From NCBI RefSeq assembly GCF_009914755.1, contig NC_060944.1: a stretch of 64,000 bases of DNA, one strand, 5' to 3'. The DNA is from the human T2T-CHM13v2.0 reference genome, Homo sapiens. Below, one piece after another: positions 25,001-40,000 of this stretch (within the stretch, counting starts at the first letter, position 1; every line of letters starts with the position of its first letter). The notes beneath the pieces are model-generated. The model searched no databases. It saw only the letters and a list, made by a program, of their open reading frames with translations, and was not told the DNA's origin. The position numbers and the translations under genes are program-made.

Positions 25001-28000
25001 TTGGAAACGGGTATGTCTTCAGATAAACTCTAGACAGAAGCATTCTCAGAAACTTCTTTGGGATGTTGCATTCAAGTCACAGAGTAGAACATTCCCATTC
25101 ATAGAGCAGATTTGAAACACTCTTTTTGTAGTATCTGGAAGTGGACATTTGGAGCGCTTTCAGGCCTATGTGGAAAAAGGAAATATCTTCCCATAAAAAC
25201 TAGACGGAAGCATTCTCAGAAACTTACTTGTGATGTGTTTGCTCAACTAACAGAATTGAACCATCGTTTTGAAGGAGCAGTTTTGAAACACTGTTTTCGT
25301 GGAATCTGCAAGTGGATATTTGGCTAGCTTTGAGGATTTCGTTGGAAACGGGATTACATATAAAAAGGAGACAGCAGCATTCTCAGAAACTTCTTTGTGA
25401 TGTCTGCATTCAAGTCACAGAGTTGAGCATTCCCTTTCATAGAGCAGGTTGGAAACACTCTTTTTGTAGTATCTGGATGAGGACATTTGGAGCGCTTTCA
25501 GGCCTATGGTGAAAAAGGAAATATCTTCCCGTACAAACTAGACAGAAGCATTCTCAGAAGTTTATTTGTGATGTGTGCCCTCAACTAACAGAGTTGAACC
25601 TTTCTTTTGATAGAGCAGTTTTGAAACACTCTTTTTGTAAAATCTGCAAGAGGATATTTGGATAGCTTTGAGGATTTCGTTGCAAACGGGAATGGCTTCA
25701 TATAAACACTAGACAGAAGCATTCTCAGAAACTTCGTTGGGATGTTTCGATTGAAGTCCCAGTGTTGAACATTCCCTTTTATAGAGCAGGTTGGAAACAC
25801 TCTTTCTGCATTCCCTGGAAGTGGACATTTGGAGCGCTTTCAGGACGACGGTGAAAATGGAAATATCTTCCAATAAAATCTAGATAGAAGCAACGTCAGA
25901 AACTTTTCTGTGATGGATCTACTCAGCTAACAGAGTTGAACCTTTCTTTTGAGAGAGCAGTTTTGCAACACTCTTTTTGTGGAATATGCAAGTGGATATT
26001 AGGGCAGCTTTGAGGATTTCGTTGGAAACGGGAATACATGTAAAAAGCAGACAGCAGCATTCTCAGAAACTTCTTTGTGATGTTTGCATTGAAGTCACAG
26101 AGTTGAACATTCCCTTTGAGAGAGCAGGTTTGAAACACGCCTTTTGTCATATCTGGAAGTGTCCATTCGGAGCGCATTCAGGCTTGTGTTGAAAAAGGAA
26201 ATATCCTCCCATAAAAACTAGACAGAAGCATTCTCAGAAACTGATCTGTGATGTATGTACTCAACTAACAGAACTAAACCATCGTTTTGAAGGAGCAGTT
26301 TTGAAACACTCTTTTTGCGGAATCTGCAAGTGGATATTTGGCTAGCTGGGAGGATTTCGCTGGAAACGGGATTACATACAAAAAGCAGACAGCAGCATTC
26401 TCAGAAACTTCTTTGTGATGTTTGCATTCAAGTCACAGAGTTGAACATTCCCTTTCATAGAGCAGGTTTGAAACACTCTTTTTGTAGTATCTGGATGTGG
26501 ACATTTGGATCGCTTTCAGGCCTATGGTGAAAAAGGAAATATCTTCCCATGAAAACTAGACAGAAGCATTCTCAGAAACTTATTTGTGATGTGTGCCCTC
26601 AACTGACAGTGTTGAACCTTTGTTTTGATAGAGCAGTTCTGAAACACACTTTTTGTAAAATCTGCAAGAGGATATTTGGATAGCTTTGAGGATTTCGTTG
26701 GAAACGGGAATGTCTTCATGTAAACTCTAGACAGAAGCATTCTCAGAAACTGCTTTGGGATGTTTCAATTGAAGTCCCAGTGTTGAACATTCCCTTTCAT
26801 AGAGCAGGTTTGAAACACTCTTTTTGTACTATCTGGAAGTGGACATTTGGAGCGCTTTCAGGTCTACGGTGAAAAAGGAGATATCTTCCAATAAAAACTA
26901 GATAGAAGCAATGTCAGAACTTTTTTCATGATGTATCTACTCAGCAAACAGAGTTGAACCTTTCTTTTGAGAGAGCAGTTTTGAAACACTCTTTTTGTGG
27001 AATATGCAAGTGGGTATTAGGCCAGCTTGGAGGATTTCGTTGGAAACGGGAATACGTATAAAAAGCAGACAGCAGCATTGTCAGAAACTACTTTGTGATG
27101 TTTGCATTCAAGTCACAGAATTGAACACTCCCTTTCACAGAGCAGGTTTGAAACACTCTTTTTGTAGTGTCTGTAAGTGAACATTTGGATTGCTTTCAGG
27201 CCTAAGGTGAAAAAGGAAATATCTTCCCATAACAACTAGACAGAAGCATTCTCAGAAACTTGTTTGTGATGTGTGCCCTCTACTGACAGAGTTGAACCTT
27301 TCTTTGCAAAGAGCAGTTTTGAAACACTCTTTTTGTAGAATCTGCAAGAGGATATTTGGATAGCTTTGAGGATTTCTTGGGAAACGGGAATGTCTTCAGA
27401 TAAACTCTAAACAGAAGCATTCTCAGAAACTTCTTTGGGATGTTTCAATTGAAGTCACAGTGTTGAACATTCCCTTTCACAGAGCAGGTTTGAAACACTC
27501 TTTTTGTAGTGTCTATAAGTGAACATTTGGCGTGCTTTCAGGCCTAACGTGAAAAAGGAAATATCTTCCCATAAAAACTAGACAGAAGCATTCTCAGAAA
27601 CTTGTTCGTGATGTGTGCCCTCTAACTGACAGAGTTGAACCTTTCTTTGCAAAGAGCAGCTTTGAAACACTCTTTTTGTAGAATCTGCAAGAGGATATTT
27701 GGATAGCTTGGAGGATTTCGTTGGAAACGGGTATGTCTTCAGATAAACTCTAGACAGAAGCATTCTCAGAAACTTCTTTGGGATGTTGCATTCAAGTCAC
27801 AGAGTAGAACATTCCCATTCATAGAGCAGATTTGAAACACTCTTTTTGTAGTATCTGGAAGTGGACATTTGGAGCGCTTTCAGGCCTATGTTGAAAAAGG
27901 AAATATCTTCCCATAAAAACTAGACGGAAGCATTCTCAGAAACTTACTTGTGATGTGTTTGCTCAACTAACAGAATTGAACCATCGTTTTGAAGGAGCAG

Positions 28001-31000
28001 TTTTGAAACACTGTTTTCGTGGAATCTGCAAGTGGATATTTGGCTAGCTTTGAGGATTTCGTTGGAAACGGGATTACATATAAAAAGGAGACAGCAGCAT
28101 TCTCAGAAACTTCTTTGTGATGTCTGCATTCAAGTCACAGAGTTGAGCATTCCCTTTCATAGAGCAGGTTGGAAACACTCCTTTTGTAGTATCTGGATGA
28201 GGACATTTGGAGCGCTTTCAGGCGTATGGTGAAAAAGGAAATATCTTCCCGTAAAAACTAGACAGAAGCATTCTCAGAAGTTTATTTGTGATGTGTGCCC
28301 TCAACTAACAGAGTTGAACCTTTCTTTTGATAGAGCAGTTTTGAAACACTCTTTTTGTAAAATCTGCAAGAGGATATTTGGATAGCTTTGAGGATTTCGT
28401 TGCAAACGGGAATGGCTTCATATAAACTCTAGACAGAAGCATTCTCAGAAACTTCGTTGGGATGTTTCGATTGAAGTCCCAGTGTTGAACTTTCCCTTTT
28501 ATAGAGCAGGTTGGAAACACTCTTTCTGCATTCCCTGGAAGTGGACATTTGGAGCGCTTTCAGGACGACGGTGAAAATGGAAATATCTTCCAATCAAATC
28601 TAGATAGAAGCAACGTCAGAAACTTTTATGTGATGGATCTACTCAGCTAACAGAGTTGAACCTTTCCTTTGAGAGAGCAGTTTTGCAACACTCTTTTTGT
28701 GGAATATGCAAGTGGATATTAGGGCAGCTTTGAGGATTTCGTTGGAAACGGGAATACATGTAAAAAGCAGACAGCAGCATTCTCAGAAACTTCTTTGTGA
28801 TGTTTGCATTGAAGTCACAGAGTTGAACATTCCCTTTGAGAGAGCAGGTTTGAAACACGCCTTTTGTCATATCTGGAAGTGTCCATTCGGAGCGCATTCA
28901 GGCTTGTGTTGAAAAAGGAAATATCCTCCCATAAAAACTAGACAGAAGCATTCTCAGAAACTTATCTGTGATGTATGTACTCAACTAACAGAACTAAACC
29001 ATCGTTTTGAAGGAGCAGTTTTGAAACACTCTTTTTGCGGAATCTGCAAGTGGATATTTGGCTAGCTGGGAGGATTTCGTTGGAAACGGGATTACATACA
29101 AAAAGCAGACAGCAGCATTCTCAGAAACTTCTCTGTGATGTTTGCATTCAAGTCACAGAGTTGAACATTCCCTTTCATAGAGCAGGTTTGAAACACTCTT
29201 TTTGTAGTATCTGGATGTGGACATTTGGATCGCTTTCAGGCCTATGGTGAAAAAGGAAATATCTTCCCATGAAAACTAGACAGAAGCATTCTCAGAAACT
29301 TATTTGTGATGTGTGCCCTCAACTGACAGTGTTGAACCTTTGTTTTGATAGAGCAGTTCTGAAACACACTTTTTGTAAAATCTGCAAGAGGATATTTGGA
29401 TAGCTTTGAGGATTTCGTTGGAAACGGGAATGTCTTCATGTAAACTCTAGACAGAAGCATTCTCAGAAACTGCCTTGGGATGTTTCAATTGAAGTCCCAG
29501 TGTTGAACATTCCCATTCATAGAGCAGGTTTGAAACACTCTTTTTGTACTATCTGGAAGTGGACATTTGGAGCGCTTTCAGGTCTACGGTGAAAAAGGAG
29601 ATATCTTCCAATAAAAACTAGATAGAAGCAATGTCAGAACTTTTTTCATGATGTATCTACTCAGCAAACAGAGTTGAACCTTTCTTTTGAGAGAGCAGTT
29701 TTGAAACACTCTTTTTGTGGAATATGCAAGTGGGTATTAGGCCAGCTTGGAGGATTTCGTTGGAAACGGGAATACGTATAAAAAGCAGACAGCAGCATTG
29801 TCAGAAACTACTTTGTGATGTTTGCATTCAAGTCACAGAATTGAACACTCCCTTTCACAGAGCAGGTTTGAAACACTCTTTTTGTAATGTCTGTAAGTGA
29901 ACATTTGGATTGCTTTCAGGACTAAGGTGAAAAAGGAAATATCTTCCCATAAAAACTAGACAGAAGCATTCTCAGAAACTTGTTTGTGATGTGTGCCCTC
30001 TACTGACAGAGTTGAACCTTTCCTTGCAAAGAGCAGTTTTGAAACACTCTTTTTGTAGAATTTGCAAGAGGATATTTGGATAGCTTTGAGGATTTCTTGG
30101 GAAACGGGAATGTCTTCAGATAAACTCTAGACAGAAGCATTCTCAGAAACTTCTTTGGGATGTTTCAATTGAAGTCACAGTGTTGAACATTCCCTTTCAC
30201 AGAGCAGGTTTGAAACACTCTTTTTGTAGTGTCTATAAGTGAACATTTGGCGTGCTTTCAGGCCTAACGTGAAAAAGGAAATATCTTCCCATAAAAACTA
30301 GACAGAAGCATTCTCAGAAACTTGTTCGTGATGTGTGCCCTCTACTGACAGAGTTGAACCTTTCTTTGCAAAGAGCAGCTTTGAAACACTCTTTTTGTAG
30401 AATCTGCAAGAGGATATTTGGATAGCTTTGAGGATTTCGTTGGAAAAGGGTATGTCTTCAGATAAACTCTAGACAGAAGCATTCTCAGAAACTTCTTTGG
30501 GATGTTGCATTCAAGTCACAGAGTAGAACATTCCCATTCATAGAGCAGATTTGAAACACTCTTTTTGTAGTATCTGGAAGTGGACATTTGGAGCGCTTTC
30601 AGGCCTATGTTGAAAAAGGAAATATCTTCCCATAAAAACTAGACGGAAGCATTCTCAGAAACTCATTTGTGATGTGTTTGCTCAACTAACAGGATTGAAC
30701 CATCGTTTTGAAGGAGCAGTTTTGAAACACTGTTTTCGTGGAATCTGCAAGTGGATATTTGGCTAGCTTTGAGGATTTCGTTGGAAACGGGATTACATAT
30801 AAAAAGGAGACAGCAGCATTCTCAGAAACTTCTTTGTGATGTCTGCATTCAAGTCACAGAGTTGAGCATTCCCTTTCATAGAGCAGGTTGGAAACACTCT
30901 TTTTGTAGTATCTGGATGAGGACATTTGGAGCGCTTTCAGGCCTATGGTGAAAAAGGAAATATCTTCCCGTACAAACTAGACAGAAGCATTCTCAGAAGT

Positions 31001-34000
31001 TTATTTGTGATGTGTGCCCTCAACTAACAGAGTTGAACCTTTCTTTTGATAGAGCAGTTTTGAAACACTCTTTTTGTAAAATCTGCAAGAGGATATTTGG
31101 ATAGCTTTGAGGATTTCGTTGCAAACGGGAATGGCTTCATATAAACACTAGACAGAAGCATTCTCAGAAACTTCGTTGGGATGTTTCGATTGAAGTCCCA
31201 GTGTTGAACATTCCCTTTTATAGAGCAGGTTGGAAACACTCTTTCTGCATTCCCTGGAAGTGGACATTTGGAGCGCTTTCAGGACGACGGTGAAAATGGA
31301 AATATCTTCCAATAAAATCTAGATAGAAGCAACGTCAGAAACTTTTATGTGATGGATCTACTCAGCTAACAGAGTTGAACCTTTCTTTTGAGAGAGCAGT
31401 TTTGCAACACTCTTTTTGTGGAATATGCAAGTGGATATTAGGGCAGCTTTGAGGATTTCGTTGGAAACGGGAATACATGTAAAAAGCAGACAGCAGCATT
31501 CTCAGAAACTTCTTTGTGATGTTTGCATTGAAGTCACAGAGTTGAACATTCCCTTTGAGAGAGCAGGTTTGAAACACGCCTTTTGTCATATCTGGAAGTG
31601 TCCATTCGGAGCGCATTCAGGCTTGTGTTGAAAAAGGCAATATCCTCCCATAAAAACTAGACAGAAGCATTCTCAGAAACTTATCTGTGATGTATGTACT
31701 CAACTAACAGAACTAAACCATCGTTTTGAAGGAGCAGTTTTGAAACACTCTTTTTGCGGAATCTGCAAGTGGATATTTGGCTAGCTGGGAGGATTTCGTT
31801 GGAAACGGGATTACATACAAAAAGCAGACAGCAGCATTCTCAGAAACTTCTTTGTGATGTTTGCATTCAAGTCACAGAGTTGAACATTCCCTTTCATAGA
31901 GCAGGTTTGAAACACTCTTTTTGTAGTATCTGGATGTGGACATTTGGATCGCTTTCAGGCCTATGGTGAAAAAGGAAATATCTTCCCATGAAAACTAGAC
32001 AGAAGCATTCTCAGAAACTTATTTGTGATGTGTGCCCTCAACTGACAGTGTTGAACCTTTGTTTTGATAGAGCAGTTCTGAAACACACTTTTTGTAAAAT
32101 CTGCAAGAGGATATTTGGATAGCTTTGAGGATTTCGTTGGAAACGGGAATGTCTTCATGTAAACTCTAGACAGAAGCATTCTCAGAAACTGCTTTGGGAT
32201 GTTTCAATTGAAGTCCCAGTGTTGAACATTCCCTTTCATAGAGCAGGTTTGAAACACTCTTTTTGTACTATCTGGAAGTGGACATTTGGAGCGCTTTCAG
32301 GTCTACGGTGAAAAAGGAGATATCTTCCAATAAAAACTAGATAGAAGCAATGTCAGAACTTTTTTCATGATGTATCTACTCAGCAAACAGAGTTGAACCT
32401 TTCTTTTGAGAGAGCAGTTTTGAAACACTCTTTTTGTGGAATATGCAAGTGGGTATTAGGCCAGCTTGGAGGATTTCGTTGGAAACGGGAATACGTATAA
32501 AAAGCAGACAGCAGCATTGTCAGAAACTACTTTGTGATGTTTGCATTCAAGTCACAGAATTGAACACTCCCTTTCACAGAGCAGGTTTGAAACACTCTTT
32601 TTGTAGTGTCTGTAAGTGAACATTTGGATTGCTTTCAGGCCTAAGGTGAAAAAGGATATATCTTCCCATAAAAACTAGACAGAAGCATTCTCAGAAACTT
32701 GTTTGTGATGTGTGCCCTCTACTGACAGAGTTGAACCTTTCTTTGCAAAGAGCAGTTTTGAAACACTCTTTTTGTAGAATCTGCAAGAGGATATTTGGAT
32801 AGCTTTGAGGATTTCTTGGGAAACGGGAATGTCTTCAGATAAACTCTAGACAGAAGCATTCTCAGAAACTTCTTTGGGATGTTTCAATTGAAGTCACAGT
32901 GTTGAACATTCCCTTTCACAGAGCAGGTTTGAAACACTCTTTTTGTAGTGTCTATAAGTGAACATTTGGCGTGCTTTCAGGCCTAACGTGAAAAAGGAAA
33001 TATCTTCCCATAAAAACTAGACAGAAGCATTCTCAGAAACTTGTTCGTGATGTGTGCCCTCTAACTGACAGAGTTGAACCTTTCTTTGCAAAGAGCAGCT
33101 TTGAAACACTCTTTTTGTAGAATCTGCAAGAGGATATTTGGATAGCTTTGAGGATTTCGTTGGAAACGGGTATGTCTTCAGATAAACTCTAGACAGAAGC
33201 ATTCTCAGAAACTTCTTTGGGATGTTGCATTCAAGTCACAGAGTAGAACATTCCCATTCATAGAGCAGATTTGAAACACTCTTTTTGTAGTATCTGGAAG
33301 TGGACATTTGGAGCGCTTTCAGGCCTATGTTGAAAAAGGAAATATCTTCCCATAAAAACTAGACGGAAGCATTCTCAGAAACTTACTTGTGATGTGTTTG
33401 CTCAACTAACAGAATTGAACCATCGTTTTGAAGGAGCAGTTTTGAAACACTGTTTTCGTGGAATCTGCAAGTGGATATTTGGCTAGCTTTGAGGATTTCG
33501 TTGGAAACGGGATTACATATAAAAAGGAGACAGCAGCATTCTCAGAAACTTCTTTGTGATGTCTGCATTCAAATCACAGAGTTGAGCATTCCCTTTCATA
33601 GAGCAGGTTGGAAACACTCTTTTTGTAGTATCTGGATGAGGACATTTGGAGCGCTTTCAGGCCTATGGTGAAAAAGGAAATATCTTCCCGTAAAAACTAG
33701 ACAGAAGCATTCTCAGAAACTTATTTGTGATGTGTGCCCTCAACTAACAGAGTTGAACCTTTCTTTTGATAGAGCAGTTTTGAAACACTCTTTTTGTAAA
33801 ATCTGCAAGAGGATATTTGGATAGCTTTGAGGATTTCGTTGCAAACGGGAATGGCTTCATATAAACACTAGACAGAAGCATTCTCAGAAACTTCGTTGGG
33901 ATGTTTCGATTGAAGTCCCAGTGTTGAACATTCCCTTTTATAGAGCAGGTTGGAAACACTCTTTCTGCATTCCCTGGAAGTGGACATTTGGAGCGCTTTC

Positions 34001-37000
34001 AGGACGACGGTGAAAATGGAAATATCTTCCAATAAAATCTAGATAGAAGCAACGTCAGAAACTTTTATGTGATGGATCTACTCAGCTAACAGAGTTGAAC
34101 CTTTCTTTTGAGAGAGCAGTTTTGCAACACTCTTTTTGTGGAATATGCAAGTGGATATTAGGGCAGCTTTGAGGATTTCGTTGGAAACGGGAATACATGT
34201 AAAAAGCAGACAGCAGCATTCTCAGAAACTTCTTTGTGATGTTTGCATTGAAGTCACAGAGTTGAACATTCCTTTTGAGAGAGCAGGTTTGAAACACGCC
34301 TTTTGTCATATCTGGAAGTGTCCATTCGGAGCGCATTCAGGCTTGTGTTGAAAAAGGAAATATCCTCCCATAAAAACTAGACAGAAGCATTCTCAGAAAC
34401 TTATCTGTGATGTATGTACTCAACTAACAGAACTAAACCATCGTTTTGAAGGAGCAGTTTTGAAACACTCTTTTTGCGGAATCTGCAAGTGGATATTTGG
34501 CTAGCTGGGAGGATTTCGTTGGAAACGGGATTACATACAAAAAGCAGACAGCAGCATTCTCAGAAACTTCTTTGTGATGTTTGCATTCAAGTCACAGAGT
34601 TGAACATTCCCTTTCATAGAGCAGGTTTGAAACACTCTTTTTGTAGTATCTGGATGTGGACATTTGGATCGCTTTCAGGCCTATGGTGAAAAAGGAAATA
34701 TCTTCCCATGAAAACTAGACAGAAGCATTCTCAGAAACTTATTTGTGATGTGTGCCCTCAACTGACAGTGTTGAACCTTTGTTTTGATAGAGCAGTTCTG
34801 AAACACACTTTTTGTAAAATCTGCAAGAGGATATTTGGATAGCTTTGAGGATTTCGTTGGAAACGGGAATGTCTTCATGTAAACTCTGGACAGAAGCATT
34901 CTCAGAAACTGCTTTGGGATGTTTCAATTGAAGTCCCAGTGTTGAACATTCCCATTCATAGAGCAGGTTTGAAACACTCTTTTTGTACTATCTGGAAGTG
35001 GACATTTGGAGCGCTTTCAGGTCTACGGTGAAAAAGGAGATATCTTCCAATAAAAACTAGATAGAAGCAATGTCAGAACTTTTTTCATGATGTATCTACT
35101 CAGCAAACAGAGTTGAACCTTTCTTTTGAGAGAGCAGTTTTGAAACACTCTTTTTGTGGAATATGCAAGTGGGTATTAGGCCAGCTTGGAGGATTTCGTT
35201 GGAAACGGGAATACGTATAAAAAGCAGACAGCAGCATTGTCAGAAACTATTTTGTGATGTTTGCATTCAAGTCACAGAATTGAACACTCCCTTTCACAGA
35301 GCAGGTTTGAAACACTCTTTTTGTAGTGTCTGTAAGTGAACATTTGGATTGCTTTCAGGCCTAAGGTGAAAAAGGAAATATCTTCCCATAAAAACTAGAC
35401 AGAAGCATTCTCAGAAACTTGTTTGTGATGTGTGCCCTCTACTGACAGAGTTGAACCTTTCTTTGCAAAGAGCAGTTTTGAAACACTCTTTTTGTAGAAT
35501 CTGCAAGAGGATATTTGGATAGCTTTGAGGATTTCTTGGGAAACGGGAATGTCTTCAGATAAACTCTAAACAGAAGCATTCTCAGAAACTTCTTTGGGAT
35601 GTTTCAATTGAAGTCACAGTGTTGAACATTCCCTTTCACAGAGCAGGTTTGAAACACTCTTTTTGTAGTGTCTATAAGTGAACATTTGGCGTGCTTTCAG
35701 GCCTAACGTGAAAAAGGAAATATCTTCCCATAAAAACTAGACAGAAGCATTCTCAGAAACTTGTTCGTGATGTGTGCCCTCTAACTGACAGAGTTGAACC
35801 TTTCTTTGCAAAGAGCAGCTTTGAAACACTCTTTTTGTAGAATCTGCAAGAGGATATTTGGATAGCTTTGAGGATTTCGTTGGAAACGGGTATGTCTTCA
35901 GATAAACTCTAGACAGAAGCATTCTCAGAAACTTCTTTGGGATGTTGCATTCAAGTCACAGAGTAGAACATTCCCATTCATAGAGCAGATTTGAAACACT
36001 CTTTTTGTAGTATCTGGAAGTGGACATTTGGAGCGCTTTCAGGCCTATGTTGAAAAAGGAAATATCTTCCCATAAAAACTAGACGGAAGCATTCTCAGAA
36101 ACTTATTTGTGATGTGTTTGCTCAACTAACAGAATTGAACCATCGTTTTGAAGGAGCAGTTTTGAAACACTGTTTTCGTGGAATCTGCAAGTGGATATTT
36201 GGCTAGCTTTGAGGATTTCGTTGGAAACGGGATTACATATAAAAAGGAGACAGCAGCATTCTCAGAAACTTCTTTGTGATGTCTGCATTCAAGTCACAGA
36301 GTTGAGCATTCCCTTTCATAGAGCAGGTTGGAAACACTCTTTTTGTAGTATCTGGATGAGGACATTTGGAGCGCTTTCAGGCTTATGGTGAAAAAGGAAA
36401 TATCTTCCCGTAAAAACTAGACAGAAGCATTCTCAGAAGTTTTTTTGTGATGTGTGCCCTCAACTAACAGAGTTGAACCTTTCTTTTGATAGAGCAGTTT
36501 TGAAACACTCTTTTTGTAAAATCTGCAAGAGGATATTTGGATAGCTTTGAGGATTTCGTTGCAAACGGGAATGGCTTCATATAAACTCTAGACAGAAGCA
36601 TTCTCAGAAACTTCTTTGGGATGTTTCGATTGAAGTCCCAGTGTTGAACTTTCCCTTTTATAGAGCAGGTTGGAAACACTCTTTCTGCATTCCCTGGAAG
36701 TGGACATTTGGAGCGCTTTCAGGACGACGGTGAAAATGGAAATATCTTCCAATAAAATCTAGATAGAAGCAACGTCAGAAACTTTTATGTGATGGATCTA
36801 CTCAGCTAACAGAGTTGAACCTTTCTTTTGAGAGAGCAGTTTTGCAACACTCTTTTTGTGGAATATGCAAGTGGATATTAGGGCAGCTTTGAGGATTTCG
36901 TTGGAAACGGGAATACATGTAAAAAGCAGACAGCAGCATTCTCAGAAACTTCTTTGTGATGTTTGCATTGAAGTCACAGAGTTGAACATTCCCTTTGAGA

Positions 37001-40000
37001 GAGCAGGTTTGAAACACGCCTTTTGTCATATCTGGAAGTGTCCATTCGGAGCGCATTCAGGCTTGTGTTGAAAAAGGAAATATCCTCCCATAAAAACTAG
37101 ACAGAAGCATTCTCAGAAACTTATCTGTGATGTATGTACTCAACTAACAGAACTAAACCATCGTTTTGAAGGAGCAGTTTTGAAACACTCTTTTTGCGGA
37201 ATCTGCAAGTGGATATTTGGCTAGCTGGGAGGATTTCGTTGGAAACGGGATTACATACAAAAAGCAGACAGCAGCATTCTCAGAAACTTCTTTGTGATGT
37301 TTGCATTCAAGTCACAGAGTTGAACATTCCCTTTCATAGAGCAGGTTTGAAACACTCTTTTTGTAGTATCTGGATGTGGACATTTGGATCGCTTTCAGGC
37401 CTATGGTGAAAAAGGAAATATCTTCCCATGAAAACTAGACAGAAGCATTCTCAGAAACTTATTTGTGATGTGTGCCCTCAACTGACAGTGTTGAACCTTT
37501 GTTTTGATAGAGCAGTTCTGAAACACACTTTTTGTAAAATCTGCAAGAGGATATTTGGATAGCTTTGAGGATTTCGTTGGAAACGGGAATGTCTTCATGT
37601 AAACTCTAGACAGAAGCATTCTCAGAAACTGCTTTGGGATGTTTCAATTGAAGTCCCAGTGTTGAACATTCCCATTCATAGAGCAGGTTTGAAACACTCT
37701 TTTTGTACTATCTGGAAGTGGACATTTGGAGCGCTTTCAGGTCTACGGTGAAAAAGGAGATATCTTCCAATAAAAACTAGATAGAAGCAATGTCAGAACT
37801 TTTTTCATGATGTATCTACTCAGCAAACAGAGTTGAACCTTTCTTTTGAGAGAGCAGTTTTGAAACACTCTTTTTGTGGAATATGCAAGTGGGTATTAGG
37901 CCAGCTTGGAGGATTTCGTTGGAAACGGGAATACGTATAAAAAGCAGACAGCAGCATTGTCAGAAACTACTTTGTGATGTTTGCATTCAAGTCACAGAAT
38001 TGAACACTCCCTTTCACAGAGCAGGTTTGAAACACTCTTTTTGTAGTGTCTGTAAGTGAACATTTGGATTGCTTTCAGGCCTAAGGTGAAAAAGGAAATA
38101 TCTTCCCATAAAAACTAGACAGAAGCATTCTCAGAAACTTGTTTGTGATGTGTGCCCTCTACTGACAGAGTTGAACCTTTCTTTGCAAAGAGCAGTTTTG
38201 AAACACTCTTTTTGTAGAATCTGCAAGAGGATATTTGGATAGCTTTGAGGATTTCTTGGGAAACCGGAATGTCTTCAGATAAACTCTAAACAGAAGCATT
38301 CTCAGAAACTTCTTTGGGATGTTTCAATTGAAGTCACAGTGTTGAACATTCCCTTTCACAGAGCAGGTTTGAAACACTCTTTTTGTAGTGTCTATAAGTG
38401 AACATTTGGCGTGCTTTCAGGCCTAACGTGAAAAAGGAAATATCTTCCCATAAAAACTAGACAGAAGCATTCTCAGAAACTTGTTCGTGATGTGTGCCCT
38501 CTAACTGACAGAGTTGAACCTTTCTTTGCAAAGAGCAGCTTTGAAACACTCTTTTTGTAGAATCTGCAAGAGGATATTTGGATAGCTTTGAGGATTTCGT
38601 TGGAAACGGGTATGTCTTCAGATAAACTCTAGACAGAAGCATTCTCAGAAACTTCTTTGGGATGTTGCATTCAAGTCACAGAGTAGAACATTCCCATTCA
38701 TAGAGCAGATTTGAAACACTCTTTTTGTAGTATCTGGAAGTGGACATTTGGAGCGCTTTCAGGCCTATGTTGAAAAAGGAAATATCTTCCCATAAAAACT
38801 AGACGGAAGCATTCTCAGAAACTTACTTGTGATGTGTTTGCTCAACTAACAGAATTGAACCATCGTTTTGAAGGAGCAGTTTTGAAACACTGTTTTCGTG
38901 GAATCTGCAAGTGGATATTTGGCTAGCTTTGAGGATTTCGTTGGAAACGGGATTACATATAAAAAGGAGACAGCAGCATTCTCAGAAACTTCTTTGTGAT
39001 GTCTGCATTCAAGTCACAGAGCTGAGCATTCCCTTTCATAGAGCAGGTTGGAAACACTCTTTTTGTAGTATCTGGATGAGGACATTTGGAGCGCTTTCAG
39101 GCGTATGGTGAAAAAGGAAATATCTTCCCGTAAAAACTAGACAGAAGCATTCTCAGAAGTTTATTTGTGATGTGTGCCCTCAACTAACAGAGTTGAACCT
39201 TTCTTTTGATAGAGCAGTTTTGAAACACTCTTTTTGTAAAATCTGCAAGAGGATATTTGGATAGCTTTGAGGATTTCGTTGCAAACGGGAATGGCTTCAT
39301 ATAAACTCTAGACAGAAGCATTCTCAGAAACTTCTTTGGGATGTTTCGATTGAAGTCCCAGTGTTGAACTTTCCCTTTTATAGAGCAGGTTGGAAACACT
39401 CTTTCTGCATTCCCTGGAAGTGGACATTTGGAGCGCTTTCAGGACGACGGTGAAAATGGAAATATCTTCCAATAAAATCTAGATAGAAGCAACGTCAGAA
39501 ACTTTTATGTGATGGATCTACTCAGCTAACAGAGTTGAACCTTTCTTTTGAGAGAGCAGTTTTGCAACACTCTTTTTGTGGAATATGCAAGTGGATATTA
39601 GGGCAGCTTTGAGGATTTCGTTGGAAACGGGAATACATGTAAAAAGCAGACAGCAGCATTCTCAGAAACTTCTTTGTGATGTTTGCATTGAAGTCACAGA
39701 GTTGAACATTCCCTTTGAGAGAGCAGGTTTGAAACACGCCTTTTGTCATATCTGGAAGTGTCCATTCGGAGCGCATTCAGGCTTGTGTTGAAAAAGGAAA
39801 TATCCTCCCATAAAAACTAGACAGAAGCATTCTCAGAAACTTATCTGTGATGTATGTACTCAACTAACAGAACTAAACCATCGTTTTGAAGGAGCAGTTT
39901 TGAAACACTCTTTTTGCGGAATCTGCAAGTGGATATTTGGCTAGCTGGGAGGATTTCGTTGGAAACGGGATTACATACAAAAAGCAGACAGCAGCATTCT

